Shown: positions 1-12,542 of the stretch, piece after piece | How the letters are laid out: the number at the start of each line of letters is the position of its first letter | Position numbering within the stretch: the stretch's first letter is position 1 | Source: Monocercomonoides exilis PA203 | Lineage: Eukaryota; Protista; Preaxostyla | Direction of reading: 5' to 3' | Assembly (NCBI GenBank): GCA_001643675.2 | Contig: LSRY02000044.1 | Coordinates: 434,001 to 498,000 of the forward strand | DNA: 64,000 bases | Translations under genes and position numbers: made by a program | The notes under the pieces: model-generated | Databases searched by the model: none | Told to the model about the DNA's origin: nothing | The model's input: the letters and a program-made list of their open reading frames with translations, nothing else

Positions 1-2
1 TG

Positions 3-2330
3 ACTCGACGAACTGGAAAAATTTCGTCTCTGTCGTCTACAGTTGGAACAGAGTTGCCAGACGATCCTGCTGAATTAAAGAAAATAATTGCGGGGCTACG
101 AAGAGAAGCAGCATTTTCAAAGAAGCAAATGGAAAAAGTTGGGTTTGAGTTTGAAAGAGTAGTGGAGTTGGAAAATGTTGTTGCAGACAAAGAAAGAGAA
201 CTGGAGAACTTACGCACTGAGATGAAGGATGTGCAGTCGGAACTGAAAAGCGCCCAACGAATCATACAGCGCAAAGAAGACGAAGAGGAGAAGCAGCCGT
301 CTACGATCAGCCGACTGACGGGAGATGTGCGAGTGCTGAAGGACCAACTGCGAAAGGAGAAAGAAGGCAAGCGCGAAGTGGAGCAGCAGCTGAAGAACAG
401 CGACATGCGGAACGTGAAGTTGATGAAGGAGAAGGAGAAGATGAGCGACCAAATCAGCCGCCTATGCATGAAGATGAAGGAGGTTGACCCCAGCCGTGCC
501 GGAGAGATCATTGATGAGATTATGGAGGATGAGTATGTCCCTCCACCAGCATCTTCCTCATCGTCTGGAGGTGGATATAACATTGCTTCTTCTTCCCCAG
601 CAAAACCTCGATTTGCTACACAAAGCGAAGCCAAAGCTACGCAAATCGAAGAGCTTCAGGTACGTCTTCAGCAAGTGATGAAGACAAAAGATAACACAAT
701 TAAAGGGCAGCAAAAGCAGATTCATTCATTGCAACTGATGGTACACGAGCTGAAGAAAGAGCTGCAGCAGAAGGAGGCTTCTGTGAATGCGAAGGAAAGA
801 GAGATTAAACTGCTTTCCATTCAACTGTCTGGCCGAGGCGGTGTTGGTGCTGCCGGAGCAAACCGCAGAGACACATTCGGAATGGGCCTGTTCAGCGGAG
901 GTAGTGGAGGAGGAGTTTCTCCGAAGATCACCACAGCCAGTGGCGGGTTTGTGAAAGGCAAGCAGCCGCCACAGCTGTCGCCTCAAATGAGAGCGCTTTA
1001 TTCACCAGGAGGACAAGGAGAAGGGATTTATGCATCAGAGAACTCGAAGTCACTGCTCATTACACCACCATCGACAGATATCAGAACAAATCTGCAGAGA
1101 CTGGCTCCAATGAAGGACAAAGACAGAGGAAAGAGCGAAGATGAGGGCAAGCGTGCATCGTCCGCAGATGCTGCGAAAAGCAGCAAAGCAAATGATTCAG
1201 AAAAGCAGAAAGGGAAAGAGAGGAGGAAAGGCGAGAAATCAATTCCTCCACTATCACCTCCGTCTGTTGTGAAGAGAGACGCGAGTCAGAGTACATTGGA
1301 GATTGAAGGCAAGAAGAAAGGGAAAGGGAGAAGCAAAGAATACAAGGATGAAGAAGGAACAGAAGGAGATGAGGAGGACGAAGAAGAGAATGAAGATCCA
1401 TCAAGAAAAAAGGGAAGCGAAGGGAAGAAGAAGCCAAGACTCTCTGGAAAGCAAGAAAGCAAGGCCAACTTAAGGAAAAAGAGGAGGAACGAAGAGGAGG
1501 AAAGCGAGGAAGGAGCCGAAGATGAAGAAGATGAGAATGACGAAAAACTAGCCAGAAAGTCGAAAAAGAAAGGAAAGAAGGCAAAGAGCAAGAGCGAAGC
1601 GAGCGGAGCTGGCAGAAAGAAGAAGAGAAGTGCTGATGAAGACGAGAAGGAAGAAGAAGAAGGAGACAACGACGATAATTCAGAGGAGGAGGAAGAGCAC
1701 AAAACAAAGAAAGGAGGAAGAGAAGCAGCTAAAAGGCCGAGAAAGAGGAGTGAAAAGGCAGGTAATGATGCAGATAAGGAAAAGAACGTCAAACAAGTTT
1801 CAGAAACTATTTTAGCTCTTTTGGAAGAGAAAGAAGAGAAGGATAAGCACTTCCACGAAGAAATAGAAAAACACAGAGCAGAAAAGCTGAAAAAACTGGA
1901 AGAAGTGAAAAAGAGAGGAGCAAAAGGAGAATCAAACGCGAAGAAAGAGAAAGAAGATGCCTCTGAAGGAGAAGAGAATGACGATGAATACCACGACGAT
2001 CCGTTTGAAGACATGCTGGGAGAACAAGACGATCCACAGCAGACGGCTGACGATGTACATGAATCTCTGAAGAGTGGCAAAGACAGCCGCTCACTTGCAA
2101 CATTTGAGAATGAAATCAAGGCAAAGAAGGAGAAGGACGATGATTCATTTGCTTTGTCTGAGAGCAAAGATACAGAAGAGAAAAACAAAGAGAAGGAGAG
2201 CAAGCAAAACAAGATGGATGATGGAGATGACGACGGATGGGGCGGGATGGACGATGCAGACGTTGGCGGAGCGAACAACAACGATGACGATGACGATGAA
2301 GACGAAGACGATGTGCCATTCCATTTTTGA
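3..2330 (+). CDS. Coiled-coil protein, possibly lebercilin (LCA5)-like, with a long K/E/D-rich disordered tail; 5' end at or beyond the window edge
   Basis: The frame is open from position 3, so the TTG at 54 is not a real start. The N-terminal heptads (ELENLRTEMKDVQSELKSAQRIIQRK...DVRVLKDQLRKEKEGKREVEQQLK) resemble the lebercilin coiled-coil domain by eye. The tail is basic/acidic and low complexity, ending DEDDVPFHF. The ORF is solid; the family call is weak. Confidence 0.55.
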   Translation, partial: TRRTGKISSLSSTVGTELPDDPAELKKIIAGLRREAAFSKKQMEKVGFEFERVVELENVVADKERELENLRTEMKDVQSELKSAQRIIQRKEDEEEKQPSTISRLTGDVRVLKDQLRKEKEGKREVEQQLKNSDMRNVKLMKEKEKMSDQISRLCMKMKEVDPSRAGEIIDEIMEDEYVPPPASSSSSGGGYNIASSSPAKPRFATQSEAKATQIEELQVRLQQVMKTKDNTIKGQQKQIHSLQLMVHELKKELQQKEASVNAKEREIKLLSIQLSGRGGVGAAGANRRDTFGMGLFSGGSGGGVSPKITTASGGFVKGKQPPQLSPQMRALYSPGGQGEGIYASENSKSLLITPPSTDIRTNLQRLAPMKDKDRGKSEDEGKRASSADAAKSSKANDSEKQKGKERRKGEKSIPPLSPPSVVKRDASQSTLEIEGKKKGKGRSKEYKDEEGTEGDEEDEEENEDPSRKKGSEGKKKPRLSGKQESKANLRKKRRNEEEESEEGAEDEEDENDEKLARKSKKKGKKAKSKSEASGAGRKKKRSADEDEKEEEEGDNDDNSEEEEEHKTKKGGREAAKRPRKRSEKAGNDADKEKNVKQVSETILALLEEKEEKDKHFHEEIEKHRAEKLKKLEEVKKRGAKGESNAKKEKEDASEGEENDDEYHDDPFEDMLGEQDDPQQTADDVHESLKSGKDSRSLATFENEIKAKKEKDDDSFALSESKDTEEKNKEKESKQNKMDDGDDDGWGGMDDADVGGANNNDDDDDEDEDDVPFHF

Positions 2331-2826
2331 GCAATCACCTCACTCTCTGTTCCACCTCACAGTGTTAACAATTTTATGTTAAGTTGCCTCTTTGCCTGAA
2401 ACAGGAATTAATGTTATTTTTTGAATAATTCTGACAAATATTTTTCTTTTCTTTTCTTTTTTTTAAAGACTCATTTTGGTTTGCGTATCGAGAAGTTGAA
2501 GATGACATTTGAAGAATATTTATTGGTTTATTTTTTTCAAAATTATTTTTTGTAATTCATTTTTTGGTGAAAAAGCATCATTCACTTCACGAGCTGTTTG
2601 AAGACAATACGACAGATTGACTTCTCAAATCTCTTTGTGAAATGAGCATAATAACTCAAATATTATGCAAGTGATCCCGAATGGATCGAACTTAAAAAAA
2701 GATTAAAAAAGAGGTTTAGCAGTTGAAAATCTCTAATTAGCATTTAACAGAAAAAAAAGATTGGACTTATTAAACTGAAAAGCTTAAAGTTACATGGATA
2801 TTACAAAGACTAATTATCAAAATAAA

Positions 2827-5800
2827 TCAAAATTGAAATAGAAGTTTTTTTAACATTCTCCTCTTTGAAGTGAAAGTTTGAAGAGCATTTTCATTTTTTA
2901 TTGAGGAAGAGGAGGTACAGGAAGACACAGAAGAGGATATTGAGTCGGCTAATGAAGTCTTACAAAATGGATTGCAAGAATCGCAGGAAGAAGAAAAATC
3001 AGATTGAGAAGTGTTTGCTGATGAACTATCTTCATCAGTTGGTGAAGTGCTGTCATCTGTTTGTTCTGCTTTGGCAGATGTTGATTCTTGCAGAAAGAGT
3101 GCATTTTGAGCAAATTGCTCAACCAACATTGAAACATCTTTCAGATTGGCATCATTTGAAATGGTGAGAGCATCAAATAAGCTTCTGTTTTCAATAGAAA
3201 GCTGTCGTATTTGGTTCAACAATTGTTTGTGCTGTTCAATTTCCTTTGTTTTTATGACTGACAAAACAGAATGTGCAAAAGTCGTAATTTCTTTCTCTCT
3301 TTTCAGTGATTCTTCCAAAAGTAGTTTTTCATCTCTGAGCAGTGAGTTCATTATCACAACATCAAGATGCCTCTTTCGAACTCTTTGCGCTTCTTCATCT
3401 ACTTCGATAAGACGCTGCTTCAGCTTTTGAATATCGGCAATGAGTGCTTTTTCTCTTTCAGTTGTTTTTGTGTTCACTTTTTCTTCCAAAATTTGTTCGC
3501 TTTGAAGCGATTCTGAATCACTTCCAGACTGAAACATTGCCAGTGCACTTTTCTGTTCATTGCTTTTTGAACTCAATTGAGCAGATAAATCAGCACCAGA
3601 CGAAACACTCGCCAAGATCTTGTTTGTTTCCTTCGCTGCCTCCAAAGCCAGTTCTACTTCGATGCGCTTTTTGCATTCCTCTCTCAAATCCCTTGTCAGC
3701 TGAACAGACTGTTGGATGTTATACTCTTTCAGTCTTGTCAAACGATCACCCAACACAGCACATTCAGCAGCCGCTTTTTCTTTCTCCTTCAAAATCGTTG
3801 CTGCTCTGAGCTTTTCTGCTTGCACAATCATCTCCCACTCCTTCTCCCTCTTTGAAAACAGTGTTTCTCTTGTTCTGTATTCATTGCACACCTTTTCCAA
3901 ATATTTCATTTGCTCATTCATTGACTGCACTTCATTTTGCCTTTGCAGATCGCCAAGTTGAATGCTTTCCTGAAGATAGAAGCATTTGCTTTGCATAATT
4001 CGAAGTTTATCTTCGGCTTCAACGATACGCAACTCCAGTTCTTTATTAGTACTTTCAAAAAGAGAACATTTTTTGTTGCTTTCACAGATTTCTGCGTCAT
4101 ATTCTTGCAGCTTCTTTTGTTGGTCAGATAGAGAATTATTCTGAGATTTTATAATACTCTCCAAATTCAGCAGTTGCTGTTTGCTTTCTTCAGATTGCTT
4201 CAATGCCTGCTTCATGTTTGTGTTCATTTCACTCATTAAAGATTGAAGAAAACGTACTTCATTTTCTTCTTTAGTCAACTTTGAAGCAAGTTTCTCACAT
4301 TCATCTTTCAGTTTTGTTCCTTCCTGCTTCAAGTCACTATTTTCCTTTGATAACTCGTTGTTTCGATTGTTCAGAGAATCAATGGACCTTTCATTCTCTT
4401 CACTTGTTTGATGAAGTTGTTTCAATATGTCATTGTAAGAATCACTAAGTGATAATAACTGAGCTTGAAGTTCTTTTATTTGAGCTTCAAATCTTTCTTG
4501 TTCATTTTTCCTTTCTTTTTCCAACCGAGCTATTTTTTCTTCATTCAACTTTTGTTTTTTCTCATATTCTGCAATAAGTTGAATATGACTCTGTTCAAGT
4601 TTCTTTTGCTTCTCCAATTCTTTTTCCAAGTTTATTTGAGTTTCTCTCAGTTTCTTTTGCGTTTCTTCTTGCTTTTCGGCTTCCTTTTTCATTTTTTCAT
4701 TATGAGTGTGATCATTCAGCTCAATCACTCCGTTCAATTCTGCAATATTCTTTTCACTGTCTTTTCTGACATTAAGCAACTCCTTTTCAAGTTCTTTATT
4801 CTGTTCTTTAAGTTTAGTTAGTTCTTCATTCGAATAAAGAAGGTTGTTTTGAATTTCAGTTAATTTCTTGCTGCTTTCATCAATCTGATAAGTTGTGGAA
4901 GATTTCATTTCTTGAATTGATTTTTTAAGAATAGAAATACAGTTATGAAGGTCTGCATTTTCATTTTCCAATTCTTTTTCTCTATTTTTCAGTCCAACAT
5001 CATTTGCCTCTGGCTTTTCTTCATCCACTTGTTTCTGCTGCGAAACGTCTTTTTCCATTAGCTTTCTCAAAAGTTCTTCTTTTTCGTCATCTTTTTTCTG
5101 CGCCTCATTTTTGAGCAACAATTCATTTTTCTCGTATTCCACCACACGTTGCTCCAAAATGCCTATCTGTTTGTAATGCTCTTCTTTCAATTTCATCTCA
5201 TTTTCTTTGAGTGTGTTAACAACATTCTGATATTCCTTCATTGATTCTTCGTGACTTTGTTCCAGTTCATTAATTTTCTTCATCAAATTTGCTTTCTCAC
5301 TCTCAAAAACATTTTTGCTTTCCTCAAACTTTTCCTTTTGCTGCTGTGAAATTTTCAATAGCTCACTTTCCAAAGTCTTTACTGAACTTTCGCTCAATTT
5401 TAGTTTTTCCTCTTTCTGTTTCAGCTTTTCTTTCAACAAAGCCAATTCTTCATTCGCTTTCAATAACTTTTCGTTGGCTTGTTTGAATGCAAGTTCTTCA
5501 TGTTGTTGGTAAATCTCTTTCACTTTTGATATTTCCATTTCTTTTTCGGATTTAAACGACTCTTTTTCTGCCATCAATTTTCCGATTTGTTCTTCTAATG
5601 AATTTTTCTGTTCAAAAAGCAAATTTTCCTTTTTCACAGTGCTTTCTGAATAATTCTTGAACTTTGCCTTCTCATTCACTAATTCTTCGTTAATTCTCTT
5701 AAGTTCATCTTCCTTTTCCTTCACTTTCATCTCCAAAATACTCGACATATTCTTCATTTCTCCTTTCAACTCCAATTCTTTTGCTATCCAACTGTTTCGT

Positions 5801-8800
5801 TCCTTCTCAATCTGTTTTTCAAACTCAACCAGTTTTAAATGCGCATCCGCTTTATCTTTTTGCAGCATTTTCCATTCTTCATTCTTTTTCGCTTCTATTT
5901 CTGCCGCCATCTTCTCATTGGTGCGTAAAGATTCTTTCAATGTGCTTATCATCTTTTCTGCAACATTTTGACTTTCTTTGTATTTTCTTTCTTTTTGCTC
6001 TGTTTCTTTCAGCAAGTCATTAATTTTCACATCCATTTCTTTGATTTTTGCTTGCAACTCCAAAATTTTCAAGCATTTTTCATTCACCTCTTGTTCTTTT
6101 TGTGCCTTTTGCAATTGAATTTCATTTTCTAATTCAAAATTCCTTTGATTCAGTTGTTCAACAATTTGTTTGCTTGTGAAAAGTTGCTGCGAAATATCTT
6201 CTTCTTTCATGTGAAGCATTTGAATATTCTGAAGATCCTTATTTGTCTTTTCTTGTGTCGAAAGCTTCATCTGCAAGATATCATCGTTTAATCTTGCAAT
6301 TATTTCTTCTTTCTTTCTTAAGCTTTCTTCGACTTTCAGTTTTTCTGTTTCTGCTTTTTCTGAAAGCATCGTATGCTTTTCGGCTGCCTGTTGGAGTTCT
6401 CTTCTGATTTGAGTCAATTCACTCTGTGTTGACAGCAGGTTTGTTTGAATTTCCACAGATTTGTCTTTCTCCACTTTCAACAAGTGCTGAAGATGAGCAA
6501 ACTTTTCTTCTCCTTCTCTTTGTCTGTTTGCGAATTCATGCTTTTGCAAAAGGAGCTGCTCATTGCTTTGTTTGACGATTGCTTGCTTCTCTTCTTCTGC
6601 TTCCTTCAGTTTTTGCTCGTGAAGTTCTTGCTCTTTCAAAAGGAGATCGGAAAGTTCAGAAAGAGATTTCGCAAGTTTTTCATTGCTTTTTCTTTCTTCT
6701 TCCATTTTTTCTTCATGCTGTTCTTTCAAACTCTTTGTTTGATCATTTAATTCTCTATTTTCGTTTTCAATCTTCGTTATATTTTCAATTAATTCTGCAT
6801 TTCTGCTTTGTTCAACAACGAGCTGTTGATTGAGCATCTCTTCTTTTTTGCGACTGCTCTCAACTTTTTCATCATATTTATTCGAAAGTAGCTTATTTTT
6901 GAAAGTCAAACTTTCCGCTAATTTTTCATGCTCTTCTTTCGTTTTGTTCAGTTCTTGCTTCAAACTTTCAATCTTTTCTAACTGTTGCTCTTGTATTCTC
7001 TTTGAATTGCTCTGCATTTCTTTCAGTTCATTCTCAATCTTCTCTTTCTGTTGCACAGCATTTTCTTCCTCGCTTCTCTGTTTATCGAGTTCTCTTTGCA
7101 AATCTTTAGTTGCCATTTCTTTCTGGATGCTGATAAGTTTCATTTCCGAAGTCATTCTTTCTTTTTCTTTCTTCCATTTTGCTTCTTTCATATCCATTTC
7201 CGTTTTGTGTTGATTTTTCAAGTTTTCAATTTCTTCTTTCAATTTACTGATTTCATCCGATTTGATATTTACAATTCTTTCCCGTTCAATTTGAATGAAC
7301 TGCATCTGTTGATTTTTTCCTTCCAAATCTGACTTCATCATAAGCTCCCTTTCTCTCTCCAACTGAAGCAATTGAATCATCTCTTTCTTTTCTAAATTGT
7401 CCTTTTCCTTTTCCAGACTTCTTTCTTCCTCTTTTATTTTAGCCTCTTTCTGCATTTCTTCCAATTTAACCCGAAGTTCAAGTAATTTCTTTTCTAATTC
7501 TTCATTCTGAAGTTCTTTTTCATGCAATTCGCACTCTCTTCTTTCTTCCTCTCTTCTTTTTTCTTCTTCTTCTCTTTGATTGACAATTAACCTCGAATGA
7601 ATATCTTCTCTGAGAAGATTTGCTCTTTCTTCAGCTTCTTTTTTATTTGCTATTTGAATATCCCCTTTCTCTGCCTCATTTCCAATAGAAATATTCGTTG
7701 GACTATAAAAATCATTTGTTTCATCAGAATCTCCATCACTTTCATTCAGAATGGATGGAATACCATCCTCTTTTTTTATAACTTTCTTATTTTCTTTGCA
7801 TATCTGACTCATTAAATCTTCTATTTTATTTCTTCTGCTCGTAATCATCTTCAGTTTTGCTTCATCCTCTGTGCCAATTTCATTGTCTGCCACAAACATC
7901 GCTATCTCATTTCTGAGTCTGCTGCTAAGCTCATTCAGCTGCAACGGAGTGTGCAATGAAAGAACACCTCTGCAGTGAATTGCCTCAAAACAGCGAGAAC
8001 AGAACGGAGCAAGGCATTCAGCACAAAAGATATCAGCCAACATTCGAGAAGAAGGATTATTCAACAAAATGTCTGAAGATGAATCTATTGAATGGTTAGC
8101 ATTGTGAGAATTGCTGTGATAAGAGCAGACATGACACAAGTTGCTGCAGAACAACTGAGGATGATCAGGATGAATATTCAGAGCACTCAAAGAAGGAGAA
8201 TTTAACAGAAGTGTTGGAGAAGATAGAAGATTCTCTTGAACAGGAATGCAATTTCGAGGGAATTCCACAATTGAACTGTGATCTTCAACAATGCCAGTGA
8301 GATTGTTTGACAAGTCTTTGAAATGACAATTATTTTTATAACCAGTTGAATGGCTGGCTTCCATATGCGCTTTACTTCGAGATGACAACAGAAGAAAAGG
8401 AGAGAAAGAATGAAGGAATGATACATTTCCTTTGATATTTGGAGAAGCTAATGCATTGCTTCCCTGTCTTATCTTGCCAACATAACTGATGCATTCAGAA
8501 CTCGAATGCCTTATTATAGAATCAGAAACAGAACCATCCAGAAAAATACTGTTAACATTTGGCTGTTCCCCAGAAAATGGAGTTGATTCAGCCAAAGAAG
8601 TCAATTGCTTATCATTTGTGTTATTCTCAAGCTGACTTCTAGCTTCTTGATGATTTGAAGCATTATCTGTTTCATTGTTCAATCGGAAACAACTTTTGAA
8701 CTGTTTTTGCCTTTCATTTTGAGAAGTATTTGAAACATCTTTGAAATAAGAGCAGAACAAGTTGGATTCAATCACTGCAGAATCTTCTGTTTGGCTGGAT

Positions 8801-11800
8801 GAGTCAGCTTTTTTTGTCAGAATGACAGATCGAGTCACTTCATCTAGTGTTGTTCGTGCTGATGATGCAGTCGGAATGAATGAATGAATTGAAGCAGAAA
8901 TAGAAGCAGAAGCAGAAGAAGAAGAAGAAGAAGAAGAAGAAGAAGAAGAAGAGGAGGAGGAGGATGATGACACAGAAAAAGAAGAAGTTGAAGCAGAAGG
9001 AGACAAAATTTCCTTTTCAGCAGTTGATTGCTGTTGCGAGTCTTTATCAGCTGACAACGAATCAGGAAGAGATTGTTCAAGCAAAGAAGCAGAAGTATCA
9101 TTAAAATAAGATGAAGGTGAAGCAGACTGGGAAGGAAGCAATGAAGGAGAAGATGCTTCTGTTGAAGAACTTTGAGGAATTGGAGAATTATGTATCACTT
9201 CATCTAATTCTGACTGGGGAAGGATCGAAGGAGCGATGTCTTCAGAACTCATACTTGTGCTTTTGCTGCTTTCTTCATCTAATTTCAAAGAAGAAGAAGA
9301 AGACGACGATGATGATTGAAGTGTTAATGACTCTTCTTTTGTATCTTTGGCATTTTCTACAAAATCTTCTGTGACAAGCGGAATTGCTGGCAGAGCATCC
9401 ACTGAATCACTGAAAGAAGCAGAAGTTGAAGAAGAAGAAGGAAAAAAAGAGAGTGAATTGGTTGAAGGTAATTCGCCTTCTTTGCAGTCAGCACTTGCAG
9501 TTGGATCTGCCTGTTGCTCTCTATTTCCATTTGCACTTAACTTTATAGAATTATCTTGCTGTGACATTTCCAATGGAATTTTTTTGTCATCTGCTTTCTT
9601 CTTTTCTTTTGATGGTGAGTTAACTAACTTATTGCTCAGTTCATTGCTTTCAAATAAAAAGCTGCTTATCTTCTTTCTGTGAGTCGATCGCTTTCCATCT
9701 GATTTCTTCGCTTCCACCAGAAGAGGAGGCGGGGGCTTTGGCACAGCCGGCTGCTGCGAAGAGAACTTGTCAATGATGATACCATTCAGCTCCATAGAAA
9801 GCAGCTGCAACTTCTCATTTTTCGCTTTTTCTGCTCTGAGCTCGCGCTGCAATGTTTGAATGTGCGCTTCGTCTGCCTCGTGTTTGATCTCTGCGGCTCT
9901 TAATTCTTGAAGCAGCAGTGAAAATCCTTCATTTTCTGATGAAATTCCATTCTGCTCGCAGAAATGCTCCTGAAGAAGTTGTCTGTCCATTCGTTCTTTT
10001 ATTTTCCTGTTGAGAAGAGTCAACTGAAGCTGCGTGTTCACTGCGTCTGCCGATTGGAGAGCAGAAGCAACTACCTGCACCAGCTGTGCAGACTGAAATG
10101 CAATTGAAGCATTTGCAAGGAGACGCATCACATCAGAAGAAAGAGGCAGCGAAGAGGATGACTCAGAAGATGGAATGTCTAATTCCTTACATAAAACACG
10201 CAGAATTGAATCAGATTCGCTTAGCTGTGTTTGGGCAGCGCTAAAAATGTCCTGAGCAATCATGCGATCCACAAGCTCCTTCTCTTTTCTTTTGATTATC
10301 CTCTGAACATCGTCATGATGCTCGCGGATGTTTTCAAGTTTCTCTTCTTTTTTTTCGCATTCTCTTTCAGCCTGTGCTTTCACTGATGCATTCTTTCCTC
10401 TTATTTTCTGATTTGTTCTGTGTGTTCGAAGATACGACAGTTCCAGCAGCAGACAAGAAAGAAGCAGAACATAAGGAGAACTGCGGAACATTCGCTGTAT
10501 TTCAAGTAGAACAGGAGAATGCACCGAGACAGTCAAAGGCTGCACAGAAAAAGCAGATGGCGCATTGAAACAAGAACTGACAGAAGAAAACGAATAATCT
10601 GAAAATGATTTGTACAGCAATGCCACTTCAGTCGCTGTGTTGATTTGCTTTGCGGTTCTTTCGGAGTTTCTGTCTGGGAACAAAAAATAAGAGATGTGCG
10701 CTGTTTTGCAGGCTGATTGCTGCAGAAAAAACGGCTTTTCGAAGCAGAAGACATTTTCGAAGTAAGGAAAAATTATTGCTGCGGTTGGTCCGCATTGCGA
10801 AATTGCTGGTAAACGTCTTGTTTTTGCGAGATGCTCCAACATTTCTTCAAATGACAGCAAGTGGTCTGAACTTGATTGCGCCTCCATTCCGCATTCTGTT
10901 TGTCTTTCTCTGCATTCATCAGCAATCGATGCAAAAACGATCGAAGATTCGCTCACTGAGCATTTCTTGAAGCCATCTTCAAAAAAGTTAAATCTGATGA
11001 AGAATGAAAAATTTGCGTTCGAATCATTTTCTTTAGCAGAATCTGAATCGAGTTTTTTTTCATTCAATTTTTCATCTTTAGAAAACAATTCGCTTTGTTG
11101 TTTATCAGTCATTGTCTTCTCATCTTTTAAATTTGCTTTTGGAATTAAGATTTCATTTTCCTTTAACAATGACAATTTGCGATTATGCGATGAAAAATAA
11201 TTTTGACTCTTTTCAAAAGCGGTCTGAATAGCCTTTGTAATATCACCTTCAAAGTTAAATGCAACTTCCGAAGCCGTGCAAGGCCATATGTCATTTTCGA
11301 AATCTGTGCTCAAAGTTTGATAAATATATTGCCCTGTAAAAACATCACTGAAATATTCAAATAAGAATTCAAAAAAATAATAACCTGATAGAGCATCGAA
11401 CATTTCGTTTCCGTCTATGGCAACACACGAAATACAAATTTTTGTTGCATTACTTTCTTTGCAATCGTTTTTGGAGAAAAGAACATTAATGATTGTTTTC
11501 GGAAATAACAAATTGAAGCGGAAAAAAATTTCTTTTGAACGGATCCCATGCATGATAATAATTTTTCTCGTTTTGTTAAATTCTCAAACGTGAATAAATA
11601 TGGATACAATACAAAATATGAAAAATTTCATTGAATGAAAAATCATTCAAAAATAAAAAAAAACACACAAACTTTTTTTATTTTTCCGTGAAATGGCACT
11701 GATGCACTTTAAGAGGGAATCATTTGGTAACAGAGCTTCATTTTCAATAGCTGGTAAATGCTTATAAATGTTTTTATTTATTAAAGAGAAAAAATCTATC

Positions 11801-11840
11801 ACCAAATACAAAAGTTTAATTGGAATTTCGAACATATGAT
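2827..11840 (-). CDS. Giant coiled-coil protein with N-terminal degenerate kinesin-like domain and central B-box zinc finger (5' exon structure approximate)
   Basis: 2908-aa ORF at 2827-11553. A likely splice acceptor lies near 11583 and small upstream exons may extend to ~11840 (MFEIPIKLLYL...HLPAIENE). Kinesin-like segments occur in canonical order (see findings). B-box at ~7940-8140. E/K/Q-rich heptad coiled coil at ~3150-7620. Confidence 0.75.
7940..8140 (-). other. B-box-type zinc finger within the 2908-aa protein
   Basis: CHVC...ADIFCAECLAPFCSRCFEAIHCRGVLSLH fits the CxxC...CxxC-x4-CxxC-x4-H-x7-H B-box pattern, with an enlarged first loop. Confidence 0.8.
8915..8969. repeat. (GAA/GAG/GAT)n triplet tract encoding poly-Ser on the minus strand
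   Basis: Directly visible triplet run inside the 2908-aa ORF. Confidence 0.9.
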
Positions 11841-12542
11841 GATTTACGTTGAATTTCTTTTTCAAATGAAATTATGCATTTTTGAGTATTATTCACTATC
11901 GCTTGCTGATTATCATAATTACAAAAAAACAAAAAATTCGGTTCTCTTAAAGCAGATACGCTCTTATAAATAGTATCAAAACAATATTAATAAATATATA
12001 AATTAGCATTGCAAATATAAAACCATATATAGCAAAATTTACGTAAAAATCAATTATTAACTTTCATAATAAATTAAGGGTCAGATATTCCAAATGAGAC
12101 AAAATACTAGCTTTTTTGATGAAAACAACGATTTGTTCCAAATGTTTTCTCAAACTTTATCATTATAAGTCTTACATTATCGTGCAATATTAAAAAAAAA
12201 AAAAATAAAAAAACGAAAAAAATTCTTTTGAAGAACTGTGTGGAACAAAATTAATAAAACAAAAAATTTTGGCCCAAATGTTATGTGATTGCATGAAATT
12301 TTCATCTGATAAAATCTTTCACAAAAGCACTTTTAAATTATTAATTTACACAAGTTATTTTACATTGATCTTGATTTGCCTTTTTGCAAAAAATCAACCA
12401 AATTAGTTTTTTTTTTCTTTCATGCAATCAAATAAAACAATGTTAACAAAGAATATTACATGCTGGTGAAATCAATCCTGCAAAAATAATCAAACTGAAA
12501 GCGATAAAGGTATGCAAGATAAATGTGTATCGAGAAAATACG

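Noticed and set aside
1081-2338. Long antisense ORFs (208 and 350 aa) over the first gene; likewise 24056-25531, 24634-25683, 36726-37379 and 39037-40040
   Set aside because: These are shadows of purine-rich low-complexity coding sequence, which lacks reverse-strand stops. The products are S/F/L-rich with no motifs.
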